Notes: generated from the sequence alone by a model not told the origin. DNA of 64,000 bases from Camelus dromedarius (GCF_036321535.1 NC_087437.1:51152001-51216000), one strand, 5' to 3'. Positions 44,259 to 57,232 are shown, numbered from the stretch's first letter. Program-made: numbers and translations.

Positions 44259-44830
44259 TGAAGAGTAGCAGAATATGCCAGCCTGAAACATCCCTTTGGC
44301 ATAGGGATTATTTTGAGCTGAAGGCAACTGAGAAGCAGTAGATATAAGAAAATCTCTCTGCGCTGCTCCATCTGCCTAAAAGCAGGATATACACTTACAA
44401 AGGTGTACCTGCTCTCCCTTCTCTACCAGGAAGAACAGAAGTTAATCAGGAGACAACGCTAGACCCTTATGAGCCCAGAGAAAGTACCAGAGGAATCTAC
44501 ATAACAAACTTTACTAACTAGTGCTGATCTTCCATCAGTTCCCTCATACATGACCTTCCCACAATTTGCTGCTCTAGAAACTTAAAGTCCTCTTCCTTTG
44601 TCTTGTCATTTCTCTAAAACTTTGTTGTTCTTTTGTTAAACTGCTATATAAGCCCAAGTTCTCAAACATCCCTCTGGGTTACTCATCACTGGGTCCGCCC
44701 ATGTGTGTTCATAAACTTGTTTGTTTTCCTCCTACTGATCTGTGTTTTGTTAGTCTAACTGACAAGGCCCCTCCAGCTAATGAACCTAAGCTTGGTAAAC
44801 GGAAAACAACCTTTCCTTTCCTATACTACA
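44259..44830 (+). mobile_element. ERV1-type solo LTR (MER34-like) inserted in a MER5-like element
   Basis: tg...agaatatgcca...tttggcatagggattattttgagctg start, tatataa at about 44645, ends ..ca; MER5-like halves at about 44235-44258 and 44830-44970. Confidence 0.7.
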
Positions 44831-45104
44831 CATTAGAATTGCCTGGTGAGCTCTTAACAAACTATACCATGGCTCCACAATGAGCCAATTAAATTAGAAT
44901 GTCCATGGGTAGGACTAAAGCATCGGTTTACAAGCTCCCCAGGTGACTCACGTGCAGGAGGGTTGAGATTTATCCCAGGTGTGGGTGGAACACATTGTCT
45001 ATATACATTTCACCTGGGGATCTTGTTAAACTAAGCTTCTAACTCAGTAGGTCTGGGGTGGGTAAGTCTGAAAGTCCGCATTTCTAAACCATTTCTAAAA
45101 TTAA

Positions 45105-45260
45105 AGACTGACAAACTCTGGCCTGCAGACTGAATTTGGCCCTCCAGCTTAAGGATACTTTTTGCATTTTTAAAGAGTTGTTTAAAAGAGTATCTGACAG
45201 AGACCTATATAGCCCTATTCTCCATCTAGCCTTTTACAAAATAAGTTTGGCAAACCCTGT
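45105..45260 (+). mobile_element. hAT MER58-like element
   Basis: caaactctggcctgcag...ccttttacaaaataagtttggcaaaccctg. Confidence 0.6.
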
Positions 45261-46037
45261 CCTAAACTGCTGGTTCATGAACTACTTTGAATAGTAAGGA
45301 GCTAAAACCTATTCTCCCAATCTTCCAACAACATTTCTACTTAAATTACAATGGTTATCTACAGGTTAATCCTATCCAACTAGGATTCAAAAAATAGGAT
45401 TTGTTAAAAAACAAAGAGTTCCAATACAAAAGTTTCACTAGGACTGACAGTGAGCATTTCTGGCTCATTCCCAGCATCCACATCCTCCTCCCTCTCCTAA
45501 GAGCACCCTGGAGTTTCCAGCCATTTGGTTTGGAGAGACACATCAAGCGACTACTGACAGGCTTAAGCCAACCTACACAATCCATCCCCTGGCAACTTTC
45601 AAGGGGTTCGAAGATGGACACGTGTCCCAAGTCAGGCCAATAGTTCAGTGAAATTCAATTTCAAGGTTTTATTTGTAATATTGGGAAAGAGAATTTCTTC
45701 TGCTGGATTTGAACCTAGAAGTATACAGAATCAAGAGATGCTGACAGCCATCTTACAACAATGAGGAGATCGCATACTGAGAGAATAAAGCCAACATTTA
45801 GGAAGCAGAACCAAGTAATGGAAAATGGAGTCCTGGTGACAAACTGGAACACGAGACCTGGCCTCACAAGAAGCTAGTCCCACCTCTCAACTTTTTAATA
45901 GCCTAAGACAGTAAATTTCCATATTTGCTTAGGTCAGTTAAGAGCTGGGTTTTCTGTTGGTACAAGGATGCTTTTAGATGTAATAAGTACTTCATCACAC
46001 ATTATATGACAAAGTACATTCTCTGTCCTTGGGGAGA

Positions 46038-46530
46038 TGTTAGGTAGTTCAGACAGAAATGAGCACTGGGCAGGGGGGAGAGGAAGGGGAAAGGAACAAC
46101 CCAGAAAATGGCAGTGTGTCTGCATTCAGGAAAAGACTCCAGAAATTTTTATTTTTTCTAAATGAGGGCCAGAAAAAGAAGCCAGTTAAAAATCAAAGCG
46201 CTGCAGATGCACATGGGAGGGGTACCTGGTATAGCCTGACCCAATGAACCTGCCCAAAAGGGGATGGACATGCCAGAGTGCAGGGAACCTGAGTTGTCAA
46301 TCAATCAATCATGAAACCAGGATATAAAAACAGGAAAAATAAAGGAAAGGCGCCGTTTTTCCTCTCTTGGATTGGCCCGCTCCCAATTCTCGGGAGTGTA
46401 CTTTCACTATATTTTTACTTCACTAATAAAAATTTTGCTTATATCACGCTTTTTGTCTCTCGTCAAAAATTCTTTTTTTTCCTGGTGACTAAGAACTGAG
46501 GTAATTCTTATTTCCCTTTTCCCGGTAACA
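46038..46530 (+). mobile_element. ERV solo LTR
   Basis: Starts tgtta, ends ggtaaca; ccaat about 46241, tataaaa about 46323, aataaa about 46425. Confidence 0.72.
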
Positions 46531-47725
46531 GAACTTTCATGTTTCTTAAAATGCAAAACCAACCAGGGAAAGCAAGATAAATGTCTTTAATTGCAAATGT
46601 TTGAGATCATATTTAAAGGTTTAGGTTTTTAAGCTCTAACTGTTCAGATGGTTATGTAAGTTGGAAAAATAAAAGACCTGAAATAAGTTTGGAAAACAAA
46701 GTGAAACAACACAATAAAATGAATGGGGGGGTGGGATGGGAGAAGGTCACTAGAGATATATACTGACTCATGAAGACAGACTTTTTGCTCTCTGCTTTGA
46801 TCCACCTGCCAATAACTAGTGATTTGTGAAAGCAGTCCAAAATGCTCAAAGTGGGAATATATCATGAATGCTTGAGTTACCACTAACCACACAACTGTTA
46901 TGGTTCTATTTAATAACATCCCATAACCATTAAATAGAAAAAGTCATATCTATATGTTTGTTGCCTTAATGGTGAGTGAGGTTAACAGTCTCGTGAATTG
47001 TTTTCAACAGTGTGAGGATAAAGAACGCCACTTAGATACATGTACGAGTCAGCATTAATGTCTATGTTACTAAAGATTTGTGTGAATAAATTGAGTACAA
47101 ATGGCCTAGTGTACAAATGGAGATGAGATGTGTTCAAGTGTATACACAATAGATTCATCCCACTTTAAAGAAAATAGTTGTATTTAGGGAAGAGAGAATT
47201 CTATGTAAACTCTTGCATGCCAAAGTTATGTCCTTCAAACCCATCTCAAGTTAACAGATGGTGAATTAAACAGAGGAAATAATTGAATACACCTGATTTA
47301 CTAATTTGTCAAGCATTTCACCTAAATATATATTAAGACTGACATCCCAATGTAAAAAAATTTAAGCTCTACGAAAGCGCTACAATTATCTACTTTCTTC
47401 TCTTAGATAGTTCCATGCAACTGACAAATTGCGTAGGTTTCTTTCAAGCCTAAACCATTTTTCAGAAGAGTTGCCACAAGTTTGATAATGGTAAGGTCTC
47501 TAAAGACCCTAAGTGAGATTTTCTTCCTCTATAAAGGGTCAGACAATAAGTAGTGTAGCCTTGTGAAGAACAACTTAAATCTTTGTCACATACTATTTCA
47601 CTTTGCAACCCTTTAAAAACGTAGAAACCATTCTTGACTGGCTGGCTGCCTTGGGCCTACTATAGTGGGTGGAAATTTTGCAGAACATCACCACCTGTAG
47701 TTCTGGTTAAAAGGAAAAAAAGCAG

Positions 47726-47830
47726 GGAGGTGGGGTACAGCTTAGTGGTAGAGAGCATGCTCAGTATGCATGAGGTCCTGAGTTCAATCCCCAGCAACTC
47801 CATTAACAAAAATTTTTTTAAATGTTTAAA
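47726..47830 (+). mobile_element. tRNA-Ala-derived SINE (Vic-1-like)
   Basis: tRNA-like head, A-rich tail; flanking aaaaaaagca repeats. Confidence 0.85.
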
Positions 47831-49129
47831 AAAAAAAGCAAATTCCCAGCCACACTTCAGGCCTATTTCACCAAAATCACAAAGACTGAGCCTAGACCTC
47901 TGCTTTTTAACCATATCCCTGACTTCATTTCTCTGCATACTAGTTTTAGGACCACTAGAAATGACAGCAGACCTAATAAAGTTGTATATAAGGAAATTCA
48001 TACTTATTTCCAGAGACAGTACGTATACATTATTTTTCAGGCTTACCTACAATGGCGTATTTTTAAATGCCACCACAAAAATATCCATTTCAAACTTCAC
48101 ATATAAATGACAAACTTTAAAAAATTTTGATGCCAATCTTCAACATCATATGTATTTCAGTTTTTTCAAATGGTCTCCACTTTTTACCAAGATACCTCAT
48201 TAATTAGGTTGTTTTCCTTTCCCTTCCTAACATAGCTTTAGTATTTAACACGTGTTTTTTCCTTATACCCATATTCACTTTTCTTCCCCATGCAATTTCG
48301 ACTGGGATTTGTAGTAAAGAATGGTAATCAGGACCACTAAAATGTACCACCACCACTACCCCACCTCTTCATTCTCCATCTCCTCGGGAGTTTAAGATGA
48401 GTGCCTGAGGCTGCATGTTTCAGTGGATTATGAAGTTAAGGTACAATGTAAACCAGTTTTCCACAAATCCCTGATCTACTCACTTCGGTGCATGTTTATA
48501 ACTACAGGTTCTTCCACTCTTCCCCACCCTCTCCTTCTAACAGGATAGGGGCAGGGCCTGCGAAATAACAGTCTACCAATACTCCAGGTGATTTTTAAAT
48601 AAAGCAATGACTCCGCCATATTGGAGCCTCAATTATTTTCCACTGCCTAGCCCGCGTGCTGATAAACACTTCATTTTCCTTGCTACCATCAATCATGTGG
48701 ATTCCAGGCACTCACCAACCAAGTCAGAAACTGGGAAAGCTGAAACTCTCAATCAAAGAACAGGAAGAAAATTCAGAGCCAAACACACATTAGAATCTTA
48801 GTTTAGGGATTTCTCTCTTCTCTCAATTTAGAGTTGAATTATTCTAATGCAAAAGCAGCAAATACGGATAGACCATACTCTTCACAGTTTCTACTCGGGA
48901 AGAGTCGAGTAGTTTTCTTTCCAAGCTATCTGGAAAGCAAATACTCCACTGTCTCAACTCTTTAACAGAAAAGCCTCTCCTACAACTTTGCAAAAGGTAA
49001 AGCCCGCCTCTGACTCCGTCTTCCTTTATGAGGTTCTCTAAACGCTAAAGGAGATGACTTGTTACAAAACAAAGGTTTTATAGACTGACAGAGAATAAAA
49101 TCTCAGCCCTGCCATACTACTAGCTGGGC

Positions 49130-49830
49130 TGTTACACTCGCTCGCGGGATTATGAGGCGTGGTGTGTAATTAGCTCTCAGATAAGTTCTCCTTTCCGGAC
49201 GGTCCCTCCCAAAGGGAGAGGGGCCAGCGCGGGCTCACGGAGAGCTGGCCAGGGCTGGTCACTATGCACCCGGGGCAGGGTGGCGCGGCGAAAAGAGAGG
49301 ACTGGACGGAGGTGAGGGGAAAGGGGGACGGAGGGAGAGAGATGGGATGGGTGTGGAGAGAGGGAGAGCTGGGGACAGCACGGGAGGCCCGCACAACCTC
49401 CGCCCCTGAGGATGCGCGGCCGGAGCCGAGGGCACGGAAAGCAAGAAGCCCGGAGCCGTGGTCATTACCTGCGCCCCAGCAGCCTCGGCGGGGCCAGAGC
49501 CGCAGTGAGCTCCTCGCAGCTGTGGCTGCCCGCCGGCTGAGCCCATGCCTGGCCGCAGCCCCAACCTCTCTGCGCCCAGCCTCGCCACGCCATCTTCCCA
49601 ACCTCGGCCCAACCATGGCCCGACCTTACTAACCCCGGCCAAGAACCACTTCCGGGGCGAAGGAAGAACCATAGAGCACCGAAGAGCAGCCTAGAGCGCC
49701 CCCGTGAGGCCCAGTCCAGGTGCTACCAACCGGAGGCACAAGAACCAGCGGTTCTCCCCGGCCTGTCCAACCTGGACACGGGAGGGGCGTGGGCGAGCTC
49801 ACGACCTCCACCCGACGTGGACGAGACATA
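49130..49830. promoter_or_regulatory. PARL CpG-island promoter with ETS/GABP-like and YY1-like motifs
   Basis: CpG-rich; ACTTCCGG (CCGGAAGT on minus) at 49648-49655; CGCCATCTT YY1 consensus over the start codon at 49588-49596. Typical of housekeeping and nuclear-encoded mitochondrial genes. Confidence 0.8.
49469..49593 (-). CDS. PARL: PARL coding exon 1 (mitochondrial targeting region)
   Basis: ATG at 49593 in context AAGATGG; MAWRGWAQRGWGCGQAWAQPAGSHSCEELTAALAPPRLLGR(R); 125 nt; donor AG|GTAATG. Confidence 0.97.
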
Positions 49831-50359
49831 GAGGAAAAAGAGGAGGGAAAACTAGTATTCATTGAGTGATGCCGTGTACCAGGCACTTTACCTAAATTAT
49901 TGCATTTAATCCTCGCAAAATACAAAGTAGATATCACTGTTTTACAGTGGCTCAGAAACTTAGAGAGAAATGAGTGGAGGAGTCAATGTTGCCACCCAAG
50001 TTTTAAATTACTACTCTCTTTTCTACATCTATTTCAAATTATGATACACTGAAGAGGATGTGCCTCATAGCTTTAAAAGAAAGTTCAAGCCTGACTTGAA
50101 AGTCTGGATTCTAGATAAAATTCAAACATCAAGATTCAGCCGTTGCCTACTTGGCAGTCAGCTTTATTTCCTGCCACTCCACCCTCTGATCCCAACTCCC
50201 ATGCTGAATTATCCACAGTTTCTGAAAGGCACTATTTTGCCAGTCCTTACTTCTCCCCAGTTCTTACACCATCCTGACTGCCTGAAACACCTTTCCCTTC
50301 TCTCCCTACCTAACCAATTTGTCCTTCAAACCAACCTTATTGTCACCTCTTCCAGGAGG

Positions 50360-51415
50360 CTATTGGAGAGGAAAAACTTCTCCTCCATTCCCTTAGGGTC
50401 GCTGGCTAGGTCTGAAATTTAAACTGACAAAGACGAAATAACAGGAGAAAAGCACCCAAATTTTATTGAAGTAATACATGTACATGGGAGTCTTCTCGAG
50501 AGAATGAAGTCCAAACAAGTGACAGAATAGGAAGTTTTATACGTTTTTGACAAAGAAAATAGAATTTGTGAAGAATTGACAAGACAGTGAGGCTTAGGCT
50601 AAGGGTAGTCCAAAGAGGACAAGGTGGTCCTTATCTTCCTTAAGTAGGAAGATAAGGGTTAGGTTAACAAGATTGGTTTGCAGATTGCACCGGTGCCTCT
50701 TGTCGAATAATATTAATGATTAATTAATAATTATTAATAACAAGTAATAGTACTGAGGCTACAAAAAACAAAGAGCTTTATTTGGGTTCTTAAAACCTGC
50801 AATTTGGGAGACACAAATTTATATAAAACCAAAAAAGTGTTCAGGGAACAGAAAGATTCAGAGGCTTATAAAGGCAAAAGCCTTGGTTGTTCAGGAATTA
50901 TGATTGACCCAAAGGCAAGAAAGGAAATATTTGTCCTTAAAGGATAGGCACTCACCAGTTATTTTAGGATAAGGGTCCAATAAGTAGATGAGCTCTTCCA
51001 TGAGTTATTTTACGGTAAGAGTTGGATAATTATCTTGAGTTTCTGGAACACTGGGGCAGATGTTCTGGATGGTGGTGTTAAGACAAAGCATCCAGAGCTG
51101 AAGGCAGTTAAGAAGCAATAAATGCAGAAAAAGATCAGATTCCATCCAGAGATGCACATATCACACTTCTTCAATGACCTCTCTGCTCCATTTTAAAGAG
51201 CTCTCTTAGCAATACTGACTCCATTTTGATTTTCCTTTCACACTGATCTCTAGTCTCTGGGCTGGTAAAAGTCTGTCTCCATGAAAGGAAACACTTGTTT
51301 CCTGCCTTTAGAAAGAAAAGGGGGAGCTTTATCTTCATTTATTGTTGCCTTCAGCTCAAAACAACTTTTATGTCAAAGAGGCATATTTGAGGTGAAATAT
51401 TTTGGTTTCCTTTAA
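50360..51415 (-). mobile_element. MER34-like ERV1 LTR with a second LTR nested at about 50750-51243
   Basis: Reverse complement of the right end reads ccaaaatatttcacctcaaatatgcctctttgacataaaagttgttttgagctg, the same family start as 44259. Confidence 0.65.
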
Positions 51416-52145
51416 GGCCTTCCTCTTAGACCTTCACTCTGATTTAGATGACCTTCATCTGTGTTTTTATACTGCTTTATTTAAATCACTATAACAGCAC
51501 TGTATTCATTCCATAAATACTGAATAAGCACCTGCAGTATGCCAGGCAATGTACTAGATCTGGGATGTATTTTAAAAGACACTATCTCTGACCTCACAGA
51601 GATCCTATTCTACTGGAGGAGGATGGCCCAAGTAAACTAAGGCAATTACAAAACACTGGGAGAAGCTGAAGGCTCTCTGGGGGTTTAGAGGAGGAGAAAT
51701 AATGCAGACAAGGGATAAGGAATGGGAGGTAAGGGGAAAGGCTTCCCAGAGAAAATGATGGAGGTTACCAGGAGAAGAGAAGGGCCAAAATGTTCTAGGT
51801 AGAGAGCATAGCATTTGTGATGTCTTCCAGGGCATGACTTCTTGGAGAAACTAAAATATATTAACTTTGGCTTTGTCATAAGTGTCTGTTCTGGGATTTG
51901 ATTTTACCCTATTTGCAAGCTAATAAGTTTGAAAGCTGGCAGAAAATAGGAGACTCCTGGGTTAGAGACAAAAGTCTTCATTACCCACAGCACAAGAAGC
52001 ATCACATGCATCATGTTTGCAGGGGCTCCCTTTGTTCTCCAAGTCCTCCAGAGGCAATGCCATGGGCTAGATGGATACTGACCATGCAGTGGATCTGCAT
52101 CTCAGCTGAAGAACACTGAGCTTGGGGTATCCACCACTTTAACAG

Positions 52146-52550
52146 TGTTAGGAAAGAAACAAGAGGGCCAAAATGGAGTCAATTGTGCTAGGCCCACGTC
52201 AGCAAAACAAGACTTAATACCTACCCTAATTGCAGTTTCAGCCTCTCCCAGGAAATGTGACCTTTAACCAGTGAATCTGGAATTACCTGGTCAGTACTAG
52301 TCAGGTAAGCTGCCTGACAGCCCCATACCTTCCCCCAAATGAAGGTGACCTTGCCTGAAACAATCCACTCCTTTGCTAGAAACTTCCTTTTTCCTCCTCC
52401 TTCTGCCTATAAAAACCTTCCACTTTGTACAGCTACTGAACACTCCTTCCTAGCTGCTAAGATGGGATGCTGCCTGATTCACAATCCATTAAATAAAGAT
52501 CTAATTGATATCTTCAAATTTACTCAGTTGAATTTTGCTTGTTTTTAATA
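52146..52550 (+). mobile_element. ERV1-type solo LTR
   Basis: tgttagg...aaaatggagtc...tataaaa (52408)...aataaa (52492)...tttttaata. Confidence 0.7.
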
Positions 52551-52628
52551 GTAGGCAGTAAGCAAGTAAACAACCTTGAGATAAAGGCATTTTCCTCCAA
52601 AGCAAAGGAGCAGATTTGTTTATAGCCT

Positions 52629-52952
52629 TGCATCTTAGTCTACATGGGCAGCCATAAGAAAATACTATAAACTGAGTGGCTTAAACAACAAAAATTTACT
52701 TCTCAGAGTTCTGGAGGCTGGAACTCTGAGATCAAGGCACCAGCATGATCAAGTTATGATGAAAGCTGTCTTTCTGGTTGCAGATGGCTGACTTCCTGCT
52801 TTGTCCTCACACAGCTGAGAGGGACAGCAAGCTCTCTGGTGTCTCTTCTTATAAGGGCACTAATTCCATCATGGGGACTCTACCCTCATGACCTCATTTA
52901 TACCTAATTATCTCCCAAATGCTCTACCTCAAAATACCATCACATTGGGGTC
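52629..52952 (-). mobile_element. MaLR LTR (MLT1A-like)
   Basis: tcttagtc...gtggcttaaacaac...gttctggaggctgg...tcttataagggcactaattccatcatg. Confidence 0.8.
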
Positions 52953-53931
52953 ACCAGGATGACAGCAGGACTTGGAGTGAAATCCTGAGACGTCATTGAA
53001 AGAGAGGCAGTGACTGGAAGGTTAACAGTCTTGAAGCAGAGCTAGAGATAGAGGGCAGAGTGTCAACAGAGGAAAAATACATGTCCAGGGGGTCTGCGGA
53101 CAAGTAGTCTGAAAGGATCATTAGGGCATGAGGAGGATGTGGTCCAGAACCCAAGGAATCTGAGCTTTGGGATGTGCTGGATGTTCTCTGTCTGCCTCTC
53201 CAGATCACTCTTGTCTGCTGCCCCAGGCCCCTCGAGACTGACCTTCATGGACCACATCCAAGGGCTCCCCTGCCCTCTGGCTTTAGCTGGACTCAGGCAA
53301 TTGCAGTCACCAACAGAAGACTGGAGCATGAGAGGAGAAAGACATTTACTCCACCTACTCCCTTCCTCCGTGTTCCACATGGGTTGGCTTCTATGTTCTG
53401 TTATTAAGCTCTCCTCATCGGTCAGTTTGAGTGAGGATGCTGTTTCTGGTCACAGCCTGAACTGACACAGGGAGAACAAGCAGCTTCCACTCAAAAGCTG
53501 TAGGAGAAGCAGAGTCCTTAGAGGGCAGCCAGGGTTCAGGATGAGCAGGAAGGATCTGTGGTGGGGGGGGGGGTGCTGCCTATCATCCAGGCACAGGAGT
53601 ATTTATTATTACTTGCCATTTATTGTGCACTAATTATGTCCCAGGTACTCTGATGGGTATTTTGCATGCATGATCACATTTAATTTAATCTTAATATCAA
53701 CCAAATGAGTTAGCATTATTATCCCCACTTTGCAGGTGAGAAAACTGAGGCTTACTGGTATTCTGACACTTTGATTCCTATTTCTATAAATTTAGATAAT
53801 TTCTACCTTGTTGTTTTGATGATTAAATGACTTTGTATGTGTCAGGCACTCAGGTGTACATTGTTGGCACTCAGTACATAATAGCTCTCCAGCCAACCTG
53901 AAAGTCAGAAAGCTCTGAGGACTATTCCAGC

Positions 53932-54222
53932 TGTTAGAGGTCAAAGGACAGTTATATAAGTTTTTGAAACAAAGGGTTATACGTCAAATGACATATTATT
54001 GACAGTTTACACAGTCCAGTTCTGCATGTACTAAGCGAAGTGGATTGTGTGTCATCATGGCCCCCTATGAGATTAAGAAGGAAGGTTATCCCCTAAGGAG
54101 GTCTAGTTCATGCAGATGCACAACAGACATTAAAGGGGAGGGAGGAGGCCCAAATGGGCAAAGAAAAATTTTACATTTAAATTTTTTCTTGTCTTGCCAT
54201 AAAATATGAATTTTATTTCATC
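53932..54222 (-). mobile_element. Short ERV LTR-like element
   Basis: tgtta...ttcatca termini; ggttatat (TATA-like on minus); composition like neighbouring LTRs. Confidence 0.5.
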
Positions 54223-54267
54223 ATAGGGATAACTGATGTTCTATGAATCAGAAACATTGATTTATTC

Positions 54268-54744
54268 TGTCCGCTGAAAAAACAGACAACTTAAGAGCAC
54301 TGAGTTTCAGTTTTCTTTAGGGATCTTACTGAGGACTATAACCCAGGAGACAGCCTCTCAAGTGGCCCTGAGGAACTGCTCCAAAGAAGTAGGGGAGGAG
54401 CCAGTATGTAATGATTTTTTTGGTGGAAAATACATGTAGTCAAGCATAAAAAGATTACTGCTAATCACGAAGACCAGATATCTCAAGTTAATGATTTTAG
54501 TGCTTATCTATGTATGGGAAGATGCAAGAATCTGGGTCATTGAAATTCTTCCTTAGAAATGCATCTTAACTATCTAGGGGCCCTAATATCCAAAACACAG
54601 AAGCTCAGTCCTGTTTTTTCCATCCTGAATCCCCCTCAGGTTGCACTGTTCTGGGTGACTGCACTAACCCCTGTTAAGTGGATTGTGACTTAACCCTTTA
54701 TAGAAAAGGATGAGGAGTGCCACTCTTTGTTCTTTTTATTTACA
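54268..54744 (-). mobile_element. ERV1-type solo LTR
   Basis: cttactgaggactataacccaggagacagcctctca...gaggaactgctccaaaga...tttaca, a common laurasiatherian LTR pattern. Confidence 0.65.
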
Positions 54745-54809
54745 ATCCATAGGTGCATCTTTTAAGTAACTCAAAGGAAAAAGGTAAGACAGTTCGTTCT
54801 TAGAGGTCA

Positions 54810-55330
54810 GATTTATTGAGATATGACTTATACACAATAACAGTCATCCTTTTAAGTGTACAGTTCCATGATTTTTGACAAACACATAATTTTGTAACCA
54901 TCACCACAATCAAGATACAGAATATTTCCATCACTCCAGAAAGTTCCCTCGTATCCCTTTATAGTGAGCCCGTAACCCTACTCCCGGACCTCGCCAGCCA
55001 CTTATATTTTGTGTCCTATAGCTTTACCATTTCAAGACTATCATAGAAATGGAATCATATATTATGTTTTGTGGTGAACGTAGATTTACATTTCTTTTGG
55101 TTAAATATCTAGGAGTGAGACAGCTGGGTTGTATGAAATCATGTTTAATTGTACCAGGAATTGCCAAACTGTTTTCCCATGTGGTTGTACCATTTTACAT
55201 TCCCATCAGCAGTGTGCAGATTTCTAGTACTTGGGATTCTCAGGGCTTTGTTTTTAGTAATTCTAATAGGTGTATATGGTATCTCATTTGATTTTAACTT
55301 GAATTCCCTTAATACAAGTTGTTTTTTAAT
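54810..55330 (-). mobile_element. LINE-1 3' fragment
   Basis: tttattgagatatgacttatacac...ccatcaccacaatcaagatacagaatatttccatcac; gccaaactgtttt...ttttacattcccatcagcagtgt. Confidence 0.8.
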
Positions 55331-55882
55331 AAGCAAGACTTGTCTGGAGACACAGTGTTTTAAAACTTGGGACATCTTAGGTTGCTGGTTTTGCCTGTTA
55401 AAGAGAGTAGGGGAGATCAGTTCCCATGTCTGCAAGAAACTGTACTTCTCCCCTCTGGTCGGAAGAGGGCAGGAGAGGACAGAAAATAAGTTGCCCAGTT
55501 TGGGGCTATCAGGTGCCAGCATCAGTATTTGGATGCATTCTTCATTGTATTTATAGTTTTTCTCAAATGCCTCTCCTTCTGAACCTACTTAGCCGCTACC
55601 CTGTGAGGCTTGACTCCTCAAATTAATCTTGTGAAATGATTCAAGGTCAAACCTCTTAACTAATCTTATAAAATACTTCCCTGCCAGGGTATAACTAACA
55701 GGAACTGAGCTACCAAAACTGAGACAACTCTGTAGAATCCTTAATAAGTCTACTCTTCAATGTCACTCGTCAGAGCTTGTGTTAGGGGGAACCATGGGCA
55801 GCTGAGCTGCTCTTCAAATTTGCAGGAGCCAAGAGAGACTGAGGAAGGACTTTGTGGAAGACAGTCTCCAGACTCCTGCTGG

Positions 55883-56100
55883 CTACAAGCCCTCCTCTCT
55901 AGGACCTGTGTTGGGGCAGCTCAGACGAGGCACGGCACAGATCTTCTGGGGCTGGGGCTGCCGAGTGCCCCTAAAGACGTAATCCAGCCTGAGCCCTGGG
56001 CTCCCCTCTGGCAGTTGGAACTGAAAGGTCCTGAGGAGGGTGGCAAACATCAGAGAAAGCTCCATCCGAGCCAACTGGTCCCCTAGGCACACCCTATGCC
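55883..56100 (-). CDS. CYP2AB1: CYP2AB1 exon 9 (heme Cys) with stop
   Basis: (G)HRVCLGDQLARMELSLMFATLLRTFQFQLPEGSPGLRLDYVFRGTRQPQPQKICAVPRLSCPNTGPREEGL*; with exon 8 forms FSAGHRVCLG (FxxGxRxCxG). Subfamily call rests on sequence recall and position next to PARL. Confidence 0.92.
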
Positions 56101-56186
56101 CTGGAAGCAGAAGGAAAGGTCAGAGGATGGCACCTGTCCTGTCACACCCACCACCCACCACCCTCACCCAGTGCTGCGCCCGGTAC

Positions 56187-56328
56187 CTGCAGAGAATGGT
56201 AGGAAGGCTTCATTGACCAGGAAGTTTCCATCCTTGTCCAGGAAGTGGCCAGGGTTGAACTGTTGGGGGGTCTCCCAACACTCAGGGTCATAGAGCACAG
56301 AGGCCAGGTTGGGCAATATGATGGTGCC
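56187..56328 (-). CDS. CYP2AB1: CYP2AB1 exon 8 (meander region)
   Basis: [47 protein letters not shown](G); 142 nt; AG/GT. Confidence 0.93.
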
Positions 56329-57232
56329 CTGCAGGGAGGAGCTGGTGTGGCTCAGGGAGCCTCAGCTGACCCAGCATACAGCCCGGACACTGGGCTGATG
56401 TGAGCTCAGAGAACACCCAGCATGCAGGGGAGAGTCACCATGGGGCCTCAGGGGGATTCAGCAGACAGGCCTTCACATCGGTGAGGTTGCTAGGCATTAC
56501 AGTCTCCTGGCCAAGGGGCACCCACCTCTGTCCTACAGGCTAGAGACACAGCTGCTGCCTCCTATGAAGAAGGCCAGTGGCTGCTGGGCATGACTGGAGG
56601 GGACCAAGTTCTGCACAGGACAACAAACAGTGGTGGGATGTGTCTGTGTCTGTGTGTGTGTTAGAGACAGAGAGAGAGGAGAAATGGAATGACAGACAAA
56701 GAGAAGGACTGAGTAATGAGGCAGAGAGAAGGAGAGGAAACAGAAAGCTTCATTCTTTAGGATTAGGGAGAGGAGGGGGTGCCCTCTAGCCCTAATCCTA
56801 ATGCTCACTCTACCTCAAAGAAGTGAATGATTGGAAAGACAATCAGACTGATCACATGGGAGCAGAAAGGAGCCAAAGGCTCCTGTGGGTGACTTCTGCT
56901 CCTTACCACGTGAGCCCTGGGTGACCAGGAGGCCAAAGTGGACCTGGATGGGGTTGACTTTGGACCCAGGACCTGGGACACACAGCTCCAGGGGTTCTGA
57001 GGGGGCTACATATCCCCTGGCTCATTAGCCAAACACCAGAGAATTCAATCTATCACCCCTGTTGGAACTAGAGAACTGGCTACAGGATTCTTGGTTTTGA
57101 CAAAGGCATCTTGAAATTAAAAACAAAAACAAAACACTCAGCAGAATTTGAAGCCTGCATACCAAATAGAAGCCAATAAAGAACACAGAAATTCAGACAA
57201 TGTAAATACTTTCAGAGGGCACTTTTCTTTCC

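Noticed and set aside
47634..48110. Overlapping 158/113/94-aa ORFs
   Set aside because: Run through a SINE and AT-rich PARL intron 1; no recognisable protein.
49262..49672. Other long ORFs on both strands of the PARL CpG island
   Set aside because: Expected in GC-rich DNA; unspliced run-on into intron 1, or antisense with no support.
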